64,000 nt of DNA, taken from IMG/VR virus record IMGVR_UViG_3300037851_000057, positions 1 through 64,000 of that record. The stretch is one strand, 5' to 3'. Below are positions 50,395-58,203 of the stretch, one piece after another. The notes beneath the pieces were generated by a model. That model was given only the letters and a program-made list of their open reading frames with translations, did no database searches and was not told the DNA's origin. The translations under genes were made by a program, and so were the position numbers. Within the stretch, counting starts at the first letter, position 1. The number at the start of each line of letters is the position of its first letter. The stretch is from a virus.

Positions 50395-51389
50395 CACACG
50401 CTCCTAATGAGTGAGCGGGGCCTCACCGGCACCGCGTATTGGCGGAGCTGGACCAGAGCCTCGCGTGGCCAACCGCCCGGATCGCCGTGGGGCAGGTAGA
50501 CCAACCGCGTGTCGAACAGGGACGCCAGCAACGGTGCCAGCGCCTCCATGTCGGCCCTCGCGTCCGCGTCGTACATGAGATCCAACGCCCTCACGCCCGC
50601 TCGCCACAGCCGATGAAGCTGGACGGGGCTGAGGGACTTGCCGAACGAGCACACGGCGTCCGGGCCCGCGTGGATCGCATCCACGGGCCCCTCCGTCACC
50701 ACCACCCGCGGGTAGGCCCGGGCGTAGTGGAGGTTCATGAGCACTTCGCTGGAGACGGCCGCGCCTGGGATGCGGGGAGGGTTGAGCGCCTTCACGTACT
50801 CCTCACCCGGCCGCGGTTCCCACATGGCCCGCGCCTGCCAGTAGACCAACCGCCCCTCATCCCACACGGGGAACACGAGCCGGTTGCTGTACCGCCCACC
50901 CTCCACCCAGAACATCCCGAGCCGCTGGGCATCGTCCATCGTGATGCCCCGCTTGGCCATGTAGGGGAGCTGGACCGTGATGGGCCGCCAGTTGGGGGGC
51001 GGGTGGATGGGAGTCAGGGCCGCGTCGGAGCCCACCTCCATGGCCATGAACTCGGCCATGGTGAGCTGGCTCAGGTCCCGGCTTGTGATGCCGGCCGCCA
51101 GGACCATCTGGACCGCTCGCTTGCGGTCGCAATGGTCCATGAGCTGGATCAGGTCCAAGAGCCCGCCAGCGCCCGCCTCCGGGCGCCGCTTGGGGCCAGT
51201 CGGGGTCTGGATGACAACGTAGCGTTGACACACCCAGCAATGCCACGCCCGCCGCTTGAGGTTCACCACGAGCTTGTCCTTCCCGCACGTCGGGCAGGTC
51301 AGAATCCACTCCTGGACTTGAGCCTCCTGGCCGCCGTGGTCGATGACGTAGCCCTTGAGATCGAACCGCTCTATCGCCAGCTCGATCAT
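50394..51389 (-). CDS. DNA primase (zinc finger plus Toprim)
   Basis: CPTCGKDK..HCWVCQ zinc-binding domain. Toprim VVVTEGPVDAIH and DLMYDADARAD. Confidence 0.85.
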   Translation of the reverse strand: MIELAIERFDLKGYVIDHGGQEAQVQEWILTCPTCGKDKLVVNLKRRAWHCWVCQRYVVIQTPTGPKRRPEAGAGGLLDLIQLMDHCDRKRAVQMVLAAGITSRDLSQLTMAEFMAMEVGSDAALTPIHPPPNWRPITVQLPYMAKRGITMDDAQRLGMFWVEGGRYSNRLVFPVWDEGRLVYWQARAMWEPRPGEEYVKALNPPRIPGAAVSSEVLMNLHYARAYPRVVVTEGPVDAIHAGPDAVCSFGKSLSPVQLHRLWRAGVRALDLMYDADARADMEALAPLLASLFDTRLVYLPHGDPGGWPREALVQLRQYAVPVRPRSLIRSV

Positions 51390-52861
51390 GAGAGCGCCGC
51401 GTAGGTTTGGACGGCCGCTGGATTAGCTGGAGGGGGCACAGCGGGCTTAGCGGGGGGGAGGGATTGCGCCTGCGCCCGCTGCACCCCCAACTTTCGATCC
51501 GCGTACAGATCGGGCATCTGCTTGGAGGCCACGTTAGGGTCATCACGGATCAGCATCTTGTTCAAGTCGCAATGGACACAGAAGCGAACGTCCGCCGCGT
51601 TGTCGCGGTACAGCTCGCCCATCACCCGCATGATCTTGTCCTGCTTCTCCAGGTTGCAGGCATTCAGACTCCCGATGAAGTCCGCCACGCGGACCTTCTC
51701 GTAGGAGTCGGCAATCATGCGGGAGAAGATCCAGTGCGCCTCGTTCTCCGAGCCCTTCTCCGGCCGCTGGGCCTGGGAAGCGGTCCACACGGCGTAGCCG
51801 CGGTTGGACAGGCTCTTGAGGTCCCGGAAGGCCGCCTTCTGTTTCTCCTGCTCGCTCCGGTAGTGGGCCTCCCGGCCGTTCAACAGGTCGCCGTAGTCCA
51901 CGATGACGAGATCCGGCTCCCAATTATGGGTCCGCTTGAGATCCTTGAGCGCTTGATGGATGTCCACCACGGAGTAGTTCCACTCGTCCGTGAAGCCTCG
52001 GAGGTAGAGCTTCCCTCGGCAGAGCTGGTACTCCTGATAGGCCCTCTTGTAGCCGTCGCTGGACAAGCCCCCGTTGCGGACTTCGCGGTACAGCTCTTGA
52101 GTGAGGGCCGCCTCGTAGCGGTCCTCGACCTGGGCCCGGGACCCCTCGAACACGAAATGGGCCGTGGGGCGAAGCTGGAGCTTGGTGGCCGCCACCCCAT
52201 GCGTCATGAGCATGGACGACTTGCCGCCCTTGGCGTAGGCCACCCAGATCCCCAGCTCGCCCTTGGAGAGCCCGCCGCCCATCATGTGGTCAAGCTGGTC
52301 GAACCCGGTCGCCACCGCTCGGGAGCCGAGGTCATTGGCCAGGTGCTTCACCTGGCGAGCCGCCAGGTCATCGTAGAACCACGTATCGTCCACGGGCGCC
52401 CACATGGTCCGGGTGATGCGCTCCATCTCCCCCATCATGTAGTCGTAGGCTTTCTCCACCTCGTTCTTGTTGTAGAGCCGCTGGCTCTCGTGGAACGCCC
52501 GGACGAAGATGTTGCGCTTCACGAAGTCCAGCACCGTGTCCCGGAGCCAGGCGTCGTCCCGAATCCGCGCCGCGCCCACTTGCTCCAGGGTGAGCTGGTA
52601 GAGCGGTCGGAGCTTCGGGTCCATGCGAAGCGTCTGTTGCTTGATGGTCTGGAGGGTGGGGAACGCCCCGTACTCGTCCTTGAACCGGATGGCGTAGCTC
52701 CACGCCCAGCTCAGCACCTCGTTCTCGAAGTAGCGGGGGGACAAGAACGGGGCGGTCAGTTGCGCGAAGCGGGGGTCCTCACACAACAGCCGCAAGAGCG
52801 CCTTCTGGTACTCCAGCTCGAAGGGAAAACGCTCAGGGGTAGTGGGGAGATCACCGGCCAT
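51386..52861 (-). CDS. dnaB: DnaB-family replicative helicase
   Basis: ..TGFDQLDHMMGGGLSKGELGIWVAYAKGGKSS.. (Walker A), LVIVDYGDLL (Walker B). N-terminal DnaB-like helical domain. Confidence 0.85.
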   Translation of the reverse strand: MAGDLPTTPERFPFELEYQKALLRLLCEDPRFAQLTAPFLSPRYFENEVLSWAWSYAIRFKDEYGAFPTLQTIKQQTLRMDPKLRPLYQLTLEQVGAARIRDDAWLRDTVLDFVKRNIFVRAFHESQRLYNKNEVEKAYDYMMGEMERITRTMWAPVDDTWFYDDLAARQVKHLANDLGSRAVATGFDQLDHMMGGGLSKGELGIWVAYAKGGKSSMLMTHGVAATKLQLRPTAHFVFEGSRAQVEDRYEAALTQELYREVRNGGLSSDGYKRAYQEYQLCRGKLYLRGFTDEWNYSVVDIHQALKDLKRTHNWEPDLVIVDYGDLLNGREAHYRSEQEKQKAAFRDLKSLSNRGYAVWTASQAQRPEKGSENEAHWIFSRMIADSYEKVRVADFIGSLNACNLEKQDKIMRVMGELYRDNAADVRFCVHCDLNKMLIRDDPNVASKQMPDLYADRKLGVQRAQAQSLPPAKPAVPPPANPAAVQTYAALS

Positions 52862-53513
52862 GGTTCCAACGCCCCTCAGCGATCTGAGCTTGCTCCAGCG
52901 TGATCAAGCCCGAGCGGAGCGCCACCGGATCAAACGCCGGCACCGCCGCCCGTAGCTTGGCCGCACAGGGCTGAGCCAGGGGGCATCGGATACACGCGAG
53001 ACTCTTGGGATGGTAGCCCCACGTTGGGTGGGCGTAGGGCGCGTTCACGAACATCTGGTCCATGCACCGGCCGGGCTCGCCGGCCGTCAGGTAGCGCCGC
53101 TTGAGCGCTTCCGCCATCGGGCTGAGGTCGCGGTTGGGGTCGAAGGTCGCGCCCTCGTGGAGCCGCTTGTGGGCCAGCTCCCGATGGATGCGATGGTCGA
53201 AGTAGGGGGTGTCTCGGAGGGTGCGGTACTTGGACAGGACGAGCGGTTCACGTTTCTCGGTTGGCGTGAGAGCCGTGAGCTTGGGAGCGAATCGGAAGTT
53301 GGTGCGAGCGAACAGCCAGTAGAGCCAACGTCGGGAGTCAATCTGGCGGGAGATGCACCACTCGTCCATCACTTGCAGGGATGGGAAGGCTTTGTCCTTC
53401 CCGAGTCCAGCAATGGGGTGGCCCCGCCGTATTCTCACCACGTATTCTGTTCGCGCTCGGTACTCATTGAAGTCATCCAACAGGGTTTGCAATCGCTCTT
53501 GCGTCCCGGTCAT
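52851..53513 (-). CDS. hypothetical protein (220 aa)
   Basis: Track ORF directly upstream of dnaB. CIRCPLAQPC. Could be an accessory replication factor, but I saw no supporting motif. Confidence 0.55.
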   Translation of the reverse strand: MTGTQERLQTLLDDFNEYRARTEYVVRIRRGHPIAGLGKDKAFPSLQVMDEWCISRQIDSRRWLYWLFARTNFRFAPKLTALTPTEKREPLVLSKYRTLRDTPYFDHRIHRELAHKRLHEGATFDPNRDLSPMAEALKRRYLTAGEPGRCMDQMFVNAPYAHPTWGYHPKSLACIRCPLAQPCAAKLRAAVPAFDPVALRSGLITLEQAQIAEGRWNHGR

Positions 53514-53551
53514 GGTTGTCCCTTTCCGGGCCCCCTCTCAAGGGCCGGGTG

Positions 53552-53788
53552 CTAGTCTTTCGTCATCGGTTCAATTCCAGAGATAGCGTGCTTGTAGATC
53601 ATCTGCGTGGTGTCCGTGCCGTCCACTTGGACGCCCACAGAGTACACGTCCACCCAGACAAGTCTCCCCACTACAGGCACCCATCCATCGTCATTCGGAT
53701 GCGTGAGCCACACGCGGATGGTCTTGCCCTTGTTGGCCTGGAACCATTCGCTCTCGGGGCTCTGTCGCGGCTTCTTGCCGTTCCCCAT
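53552..53788 (-). CDS. Hfq/Sm-like protein (78 aa)
   Basis: IRVWLTH..VVGRLVWVDVYSVGVQV..TQMIYKHAISGIEP. The Sm2 box YKHAIS matches bacterial Hfq (QMVYKHAISTVVP). ATG 53788 after GGAGAA. Confidence 0.6.
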   Translation of the reverse strand: MGNGKKPRQSPESEWFQANKGKTIRVWLTHPNDDGWVPVVGRLVWVDVYSVGVQVDGTDTTQMIYKHAISGIEPMTKD

Positions 53789-53808
53789 CACCTGTTCTCC
53801 GTTGTCAG

Positions 53809-54306
53809 TCACAGGGGGTTGTTCTCCAGCTTCCAGTTGGGGTCCAGCTCGCTCGCTTGGGTTATCAGGAACCGGATGGCCCGATCCAGCTCCTCGATGG
53901 TCAACGTCTCCGGGAAGCCCACGTCCATCATCTTGCCCTCGGCCGCCGCCTTGGGGTCCGGGTGCGGGACTTGGTGATGCTTGATGCCGGCCCGATGATC
54001 CCGGTAGCCCGCCACGAGGTTCTGGAAGTCGCGGATGCGTTCCTCCCAGATCACTGAGTCCATGGAGTCCACGAGATGGGTCGCGTTGAACACGAGCCAC
54101 GCTCGGCCACTGGCCGCCAGCCACTCCTTGAGCTTGTCCGGGCCCTGCATCCAGGTCCGCATCTGAGCCTCTGAGCGCTCGATGTCGCTCATGGCTTTCA
54201 CGTCCGGGGTTTCGATCAGCTTCGGTTCCGTCACGCCGCTCTCCTCATTCACGAAAAAATGCCCCGGCCGACCAAGGGACAGGTCAACCGGGGCCTTCGG
54301 TTTCAC
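53809..54306 (-). CDS. hypothetical protein (165 aa)
   Basis: Track ORF with a GTG start and no clear RBS. Alternative ATG 54192. Confidence 0.45.
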   Translation of the reverse strand: MKPKAPVDLSLGRPGHFFVNEESGVTEPKLIETPDVKAMSDIERSEAQMRTWMQGPDKLKEWLAASGRAWLVFNATHLVDSMDSVIWEERIRDFQNLVAGYRDHRAGIKHHQVPHPDPKAAAEGKMMDVGFPETLTIEELDRAIRFLITQASELDPNWKLENNPL

Positions 54307-54340
54307 GAGTTATGGGTCATGTCTACCATGTTCCGTTATC

Positions 54341-54368
54341 GGCGCCAACCCGTTTCGGGTGTGGCGCC
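54341..54368 (-). terminator. GC-rich hairpin GGCGCCACACCCG-AAA-CGGGTTGGCGCC just after the helicase stop
   Basis: Read directly. ~12-bp stem with one bulge, 10 nt after TAG 54378. No U-tract. Confidence 0.3.
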
Positions 54369-54377
54369 CTCCACTTC

Positions 54378-55964
54378 CTATTGATGCCCGGGGGCTCCTC
54401 CCGGTAACACCGCTCCCTCGAAAAAGTTGACGGTGGGGGGCATTCCCGCCTGGAGCCAGCCGGACAACAGCGAGAAGTCGTAGAGCACGCTCACCTCGAA
54501 CGTCGGCTCCGCGTGGTAAGTCAGCATCCGCTGTTCACTGTGCGCCATGAGCCGCTTGTGGTGGCGATCCGCGAAGTCCACGATCAACGCCGTCGTCTTG
54601 CCCGGCACCGCCGTGCAGACCCGGTAGGCGTTCTGAGTCATGGACACCTCGGCCTTCTCCCCGCGGGCGTACACGAGCGCGTCCACGCTCGGGAGGTCCA
54701 CGCCCTCGCCCAAGAGGGAGGTCCCCATGAGCACCTTCACCTCCTGGTCCGCCAAGAACGAGTCGATGATCCGCGTCTGGATGTCCCGGGGCCGGTCGGT
54801 GCTCAAGAACTCCACAGCATCGAACTCGGCGCCAGCCGGGGGCTTGGGTAGGAACTGACCCAGGATGTGGTCCAGCTCCCGCCCTTGCGCCTTGGTGCCC
54901 ACGAGAACCAGGACCTTCATGCCTCGCTGGTACAGCAACAGGGCCGCCTGGGCGACCATGTGGTTGCGGACCTTGTGCTCATGGATGCCGGCCTGGCCGA
55001 AGCCTCCCGAGAACTGGTTGCCGGCGCCGCGGAGCTTGGGGTGTCTGGGGACGGGAACAAACACCACCTTGGTGGGGACCAGGAAGCCCCGCCGCAACAG
55101 CTCCTCCGAGCTGACCTTGAAGATCGTGTTGCTCAGGAGCGCGTGCATCGCCATCGCATCGTGGCCGCTCCGAAAGAACGTCCCGGTCATCCCGTAGCGG
55201 TAGTAGATGTGGTCGCACTTGGGGATGATCTCGTTGGTGTAGGTCTTGGCCGCCGTGTGATGCCACTCGTCCACCACCAACATCTCCCGGCCCGCGTAGA
55301 ACTCCGGGGCCAGGTTCCCCGCCGTCGCCGACGTGCAGACCACAACCTTGTGGCGAGCCGCCCGTTCCAGCTTGTCCGCGCTCGTGCCCACGAGATGGTA
55401 GACGTAGTTGCGGCCGAAGTGGTCCTCGATGACCCGGGCCGTTTGCTGGACAATGCGGTCGGTGGGAGCAATCCAGATCGTGGGGAGCCCGAGCCTCCGG
55501 TGAAGCTCCAGCATCGTGCGGGTCTTGCCCGACCTGGGGGGCATGTCGAAAACGCCCCTCCCGAGCCGAAGCCCGGCCTCCACGGCCGCCTCCTGGTAGT
55601 CCCTCAGCTCGACCTTGGGGAACTCGGGCATCTCCTCCGCGGGGCGTCGCCGGGTGTCCAAGACGTGGGGCTGGTAGTTGAACTTGGTGCAGACCCGGGT
55701 GACCATGGGCAGTAGCCCGGTCGGGAAGTAGGGATACATGGTCTTGGGTCGCCTGAGCAACCGAATCCACCCGTCCCAGCCCTTCTCCTCGCCTGGGGGT
55801 GGCCTCCAGAAGGGTTGGCCCGTTGCCGGGTTGATGGCCATGGCGAGGGCCTGGGGGGTAGGGTAGGACGCCTCGTACTCCAGCACCCGAAGGATGAACT
55901 CGTCCGCCTGGAGGATGCTCGTCCAAGTGTTGCCTACCTCGAAGTGCACCTCAGCTCCCGCCAT
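54378..55964 (-). CDS. SF2 DEAD/DExH-box DNA helicase
   Basis: Motif I MPPRSGKTRT, motif II LVVDEWHH, motif III-like MTGTFF, motif VI-like QNAYRVCT. 528 aa. Confidence 0.85.
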   Translation of the reverse strand: MAGAEVHFEVGNTWTSILQADEFILRVLEYEASYPTPQALAMAINPATGQPFWRPPPGEEKGWDGWIRLLRRPKTMYPYFPTGLLPMVTRVCTKFNYQPHVLDTRRRPAEEMPEFPKVELRDYQEAAVEAGLRLGRGVFDMPPRSGKTRTMLELHRRLGLPTIWIAPTDRIVQQTARVIEDHFGRNYVYHLVGTSADKLERAARHKVVVCTSATAGNLAPEFYAGREMLVVDEWHHTAAKTYTNEIIPKCDHIYYRYGMTGTFFRSGHDAMAMHALLSNTIFKVSSEELLRRGFLVPTKVVFVPVPRHPKLRGAGNQFSGGFGQAGIHEHKVRNHMVAQAALLLYQRGMKVLVLVGTKAQGRELDHILGQFLPKPPAGAEFDAVEFLSTDRPRDIQTRIIDSFLADQEVKVLMGTSLLGEGVDLPSVDALVYARGEKAEVSMTQNAYRVCTAVPGKTTALIVDFADRHHKRLMAHSEQRMLTYHAEPTFEVSVLYDFSLLSGWLQAGMPPTVNFFEGAVLPGGAPGHQ

Positions 55965-56048
55965 GTTCTTCTCCAGTCACCTATGGTGGCCGTGGGCCAC
56001 CCCTTTGAGGCGAAGCCTCAAAGCTGCGAATTTTTCGTCTCTTTAGTA

Positions 56049-56088
56049 GATCCAGATCCAAGATCAACGATCCGATCCTGCCTGGATC
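56049..56088. repeat. cluster of six GATC sites in 40 bp (four as GATCC)
   Basis: taGATCCaGATCCaaGATCaacGATCCGATCCtgcctgGATCt, read directly. Confidence 0.95.
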
Positions 56089-56096
56089 TTCCAACG

Positions 56097-56151
56097 CACC
56101 CCGCCCCTTGACTACCTGGAAGGTAGCCTCCAACGGGGCAGGGGCGGGGTG
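56097..56151. other. nested stem-loop: 11-bp perfect GC-rich stem CACCCCGCCCC/GGGGCGGGGTG enclosing CTACC-TGGAA-GGTAG
   Basis: Read directly. Confidence 0.8.
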
Positions 56152-56297
56152 AAAAGTAGGGAAGCGAATTGATTTCGTTGAGTTTTTTGCTGTTTGATGT
56201 GCCTGGTTTGTCGTTGTGCTGAGGATGTTCAATCCTGATAGTGATGATGCCGGGTCGGGTCGTTTGGTAACACGTCCCGTGCATTTTTCTCGGGGAG

Positions 56298-56325
56298 GGC
56301 TTGACTGCAAATTTGCAGTCAAGCC
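56298..56325. repeat. 28-bp perfect palindrome GGCTTGACTGCAAATTTGCAGTCAAGCC, copy 2 (7 nt downstream of the 56333 stop codon)
   Basis: Read directly. Identical to 11772-11799. Confidence 0.95.
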
Positions 56326-56332
56326 TTCGAGG

Positions 56333-56791
56333 TCACTTCAAAGCCTGGACCGTCTTGACGCTCACCGCGAGCACGGCCACCGTCACCACCGCGGTCACGG
56401 CCGCGACGAACGCCGGCCGCTCGTACCAGCGGGGCGCGAGGGTGTCCTCCATCTCAGCCATCCGCCTCATGAGCAAGTCCTTCTGGAGCTGGAATGCCGC
56501 TTGGTCGGAGGCGCGGAGGGCCTTCTCCGCGTTCAGGTCGATGGTCCCTAGCTCCCGCGTTTCCCCCACCGCCAGGTCCACGCGGTCCTGGCATCCTCCC
56601 GCGAGCACGGCCAGCTTGGCCGCTCGCCGGCCGGTCATGAGCTGACCGGAGAAGGGGGCGGGCTCTCCCTCCATGAGGGGCTGGACACAGCTCTTGGGGT
56701 CGTCGGGGTCGCAGGACTTCGGGAGGGCTTGAGCGAGCGCCGTGCTACCGAGAAAGCCGCTCAAGGTAGCGAGCAAGAGCCACCGGGTCAT
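56333..56791 (-). CDS. envelope protein with N-terminal signal peptide, coiled-coil centre and C-terminal TM helix (152 aa); spanin-like
   Basis: MTRWLLLATLSGFLGSTALAQA signal. C-terminal FVAAVTAVVTVAVLAVSV. Overlaps the upstream gene by 47 nt. Confidence 0.5.
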   Translation of the reverse strand: MTRWLLLATLSGFLGSTALAQALPKSCDPDDPKSCVQPLMEGEPAPFSGQLMTGRRAAKLAVLAGGCQDRVDLAVGETRELGTIDLNAEKALRASDQAAFQLQKDLLMRRMAEMEDTLAPRWYERPAFVAAVTAVVTVAVLAVSVKTVQALK

Positions 56792-57071
56792 CTTCCAGCT
56801 CCTTCACTTGGGTCTGTTGCTGGGCATCCAGCGCCGCCAGCTTCGCCTGGTACTTGTCCTTGACGTGGGCCTTCGCCTGCTCCGCCCCGAGCTGGATGGC
56901 CATGTTCCGGGCGTCTGTACCAGCCTGGATGATGCCCAGCTCCTCTTTCACCCGCTTGAAGGGGTCCTCGCCCGGGCGCCATCGGCGGAAGGCAAAGAAG
57001 CCGACCACGGCCGCCAGGATCAAGACTGGAATGTACCAATGATCCAGGGTCCACGAGATTGCCTTACGCAT
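56745..57071 (-). CDS. type II membrane coiled-coil protein (i-spanin/Rz-like)
   Basis: TM WYIPVLILAAVVGFFAF, then coiled coil. ATG 57071 (8-nt overlap); the track start 57089 is also possible. Confidence 0.5.
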   Translation of the reverse strand: MRKAISWTLDHWYIPVLILAAVVGFFAFRRWRPGEDPFKRVKEELGIIQAGTDARNMAIQLGAEQAKAHVKDKYQAKLAALDAQQQTQVKELEDDPVALARYLERLSR

Positions 57072-57465
57072 CGGGCTGAGAGCTGCCATTGCTGCCCCCT
57101 TTGAACACGCCTACCACCTTGGAAGCCCCGTTGATGCCCAAGAGCGCCCAGAGGGTGTAGAGCATGGCATCCGGCACCACGGCCGCGCCCTGGAGGGCGG
57201 TTGGCACGTCGATGTTGGCCGCCTTGAGGGCCGCGTCCACCTCGGGCGCCACGGTCCCGCCCGTCACGCCGAGCCAGAGCCACATGCACGCCACGTAGGT
57301 GGAGAGCGCCAGGAGACGGTGCAAGCTGACCGCCTGCACGCCGTCCTTGGTTTCCATGAACAGGGCGCCAAAGAACTTCCAGAGTCCGTGGCGCGTGGCC
57401 TCGGCCGTCTTGGTGGCGAGCTGTCCGAGCTTGGATGGGGTTGCTGTTGCGGGTTGGTCTGCCAT
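57064..57465 (-). CDS. multi-TM small membrane protein (holin-like, 133 aa)
   Basis: ATG 57465 after GGAGG. Hydrophobic segments LWKFFGALFM, LLALSTYVACMWLWLGV, AMLYTLWALLGI. Confidence 0.45.
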   Translation of the reverse strand: MADQPATATPSKLGQLATKTAEATRHGLWKFFGALFMETKDGVQAVSLHRLLALSTYVACMWLWLGVTGGTVAPEVDAALKAANIDVPTALQGAAVVPDAMLYTLWALLGINGASKVVGVFKGGSNGSSQPDA

Positions 57466-57513
57466 GGGACACCTCCGTTGGAAGTGGAGCATCCCACGGT
57501 CGGAAGCTGGAGT

Positions 57514-57906
57514 CTACACCTGAGCTTCGGTGGCGCCCTCGGGCGGAACCACCTTCTCGTCCACGTCGGGTGTCGGCACCGCCGCCAATGCCGGAACCAC
57601 CACGGGCTCCCCCTTCTCGTCCAGTTTGCGGTCCCAAACCCGGATGTCCTCCAGGTATTTGTTGTGTTCACCCTGGACCACAAGAAGCCGCTTCTCCATC
57701 GCCTCCAACGCCGCTCGGGTTTGCTGGACGTTCTTGCCAAGCTCATCGAACTCTTTGCGGGAAACTCGGAGCTTGTCCAGCATGTACTCGACGAATGGGT
57801 TGGGTGGGGGCTCCCGACCGTCGATCAAATCCTTGATCCGCTTCTCCGCTTGTTCCTTGGCGTCAATCCGCGCCACGAGCTTCGGGTCCTTCTTGGCTTC
57901 TTTCAT
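57514..57906 (-). CDS. coiled-coil protein (130 aa)
   Basis: ATG 57906 after GGAGGAGAGCG. Confidence 0.55.
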   Translation of the reverse strand: MKEAKKDPKLVARIDAKEQAEKRIKDLIDGREPPPNPFVEYMLDKLRVSRKEFDELGKNVQQTRAALEAMEKRLLVVQGEHNKYLEDIRVWDRKLDEKGEPVVVPALAAVPTPDVDEKVVPPEGATEAQV

Positions 57907-57929
57907 CGCTCTCCTCCTTTGATGCCGGT

Positions 57930-58184
57930 TCATGACACAACCAGCGTGTCTTGCCCCTGCCACTGGATAGTGATCTCCCCGGTAGGGGTCGCTTGCACCC
58001 GCCACACGGGATTGAGAGGCAACGTACCCTCTGTTTGGAGCCGTTGCAATGTCGCCACCGTAGTAGCCACCGCCGCATCGGCCTGGTTTTGAGTGAGGGT
58101 TTCCCCGATATAGTCTGCGGCGTCGGCACGTACCGCCGCTTCTACCGCGGCAAGCACTTCCGGCTCCAGTCCCGGTCCAGGCAT
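57930..58184 (-). CDS. hypothetical protein (84 aa)
   Basis: ATG 58184 after GGAGGAAAGTC. Follows the tail-fibre gene. Confidence 0.55.
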   Translation of the reverse strand: MPGPGLEPEVLAAVEAAVRADAADYIGETLTQNQADAAVATTVATLQRLQTEGTLPLNPVWRVQATPTGEITIQWQGQDTLVVS

Positions 58185-58203
58185 GACTTTCCTCCGTTAG
58201 GCG

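Larger units (their letters stand above)
55965..56332. other. structured non-coding region; candidate replication origin or regulatory hub
   Basis: Largest gap in the window. Hairpins at 55985-56001 and 56004-56022. GATC cluster. Nested 11-bp-stem element. AT-rich stretch ~56155-56250. Terminal 28-bp palindrome. Confidence 0.35.

Noticed and set aside
53568-53578. tRNA T-loop-like GGTTCAATTCC
   Set aside because: It lies inside the last codons of the Hfq-like gene (..GIEPMTKD). I could not build flanking acceptor or anticodon stems. No tRNA was found in the window.
56298-56325. The 28-bp palindrome read as a bidirectional promoter (TTGACT on both strands)
   Set aside because: No -10-like hexamer lies 16-18 nt downstream in either direction. 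It is kept as a protein-binding site or terminator candidate instead.
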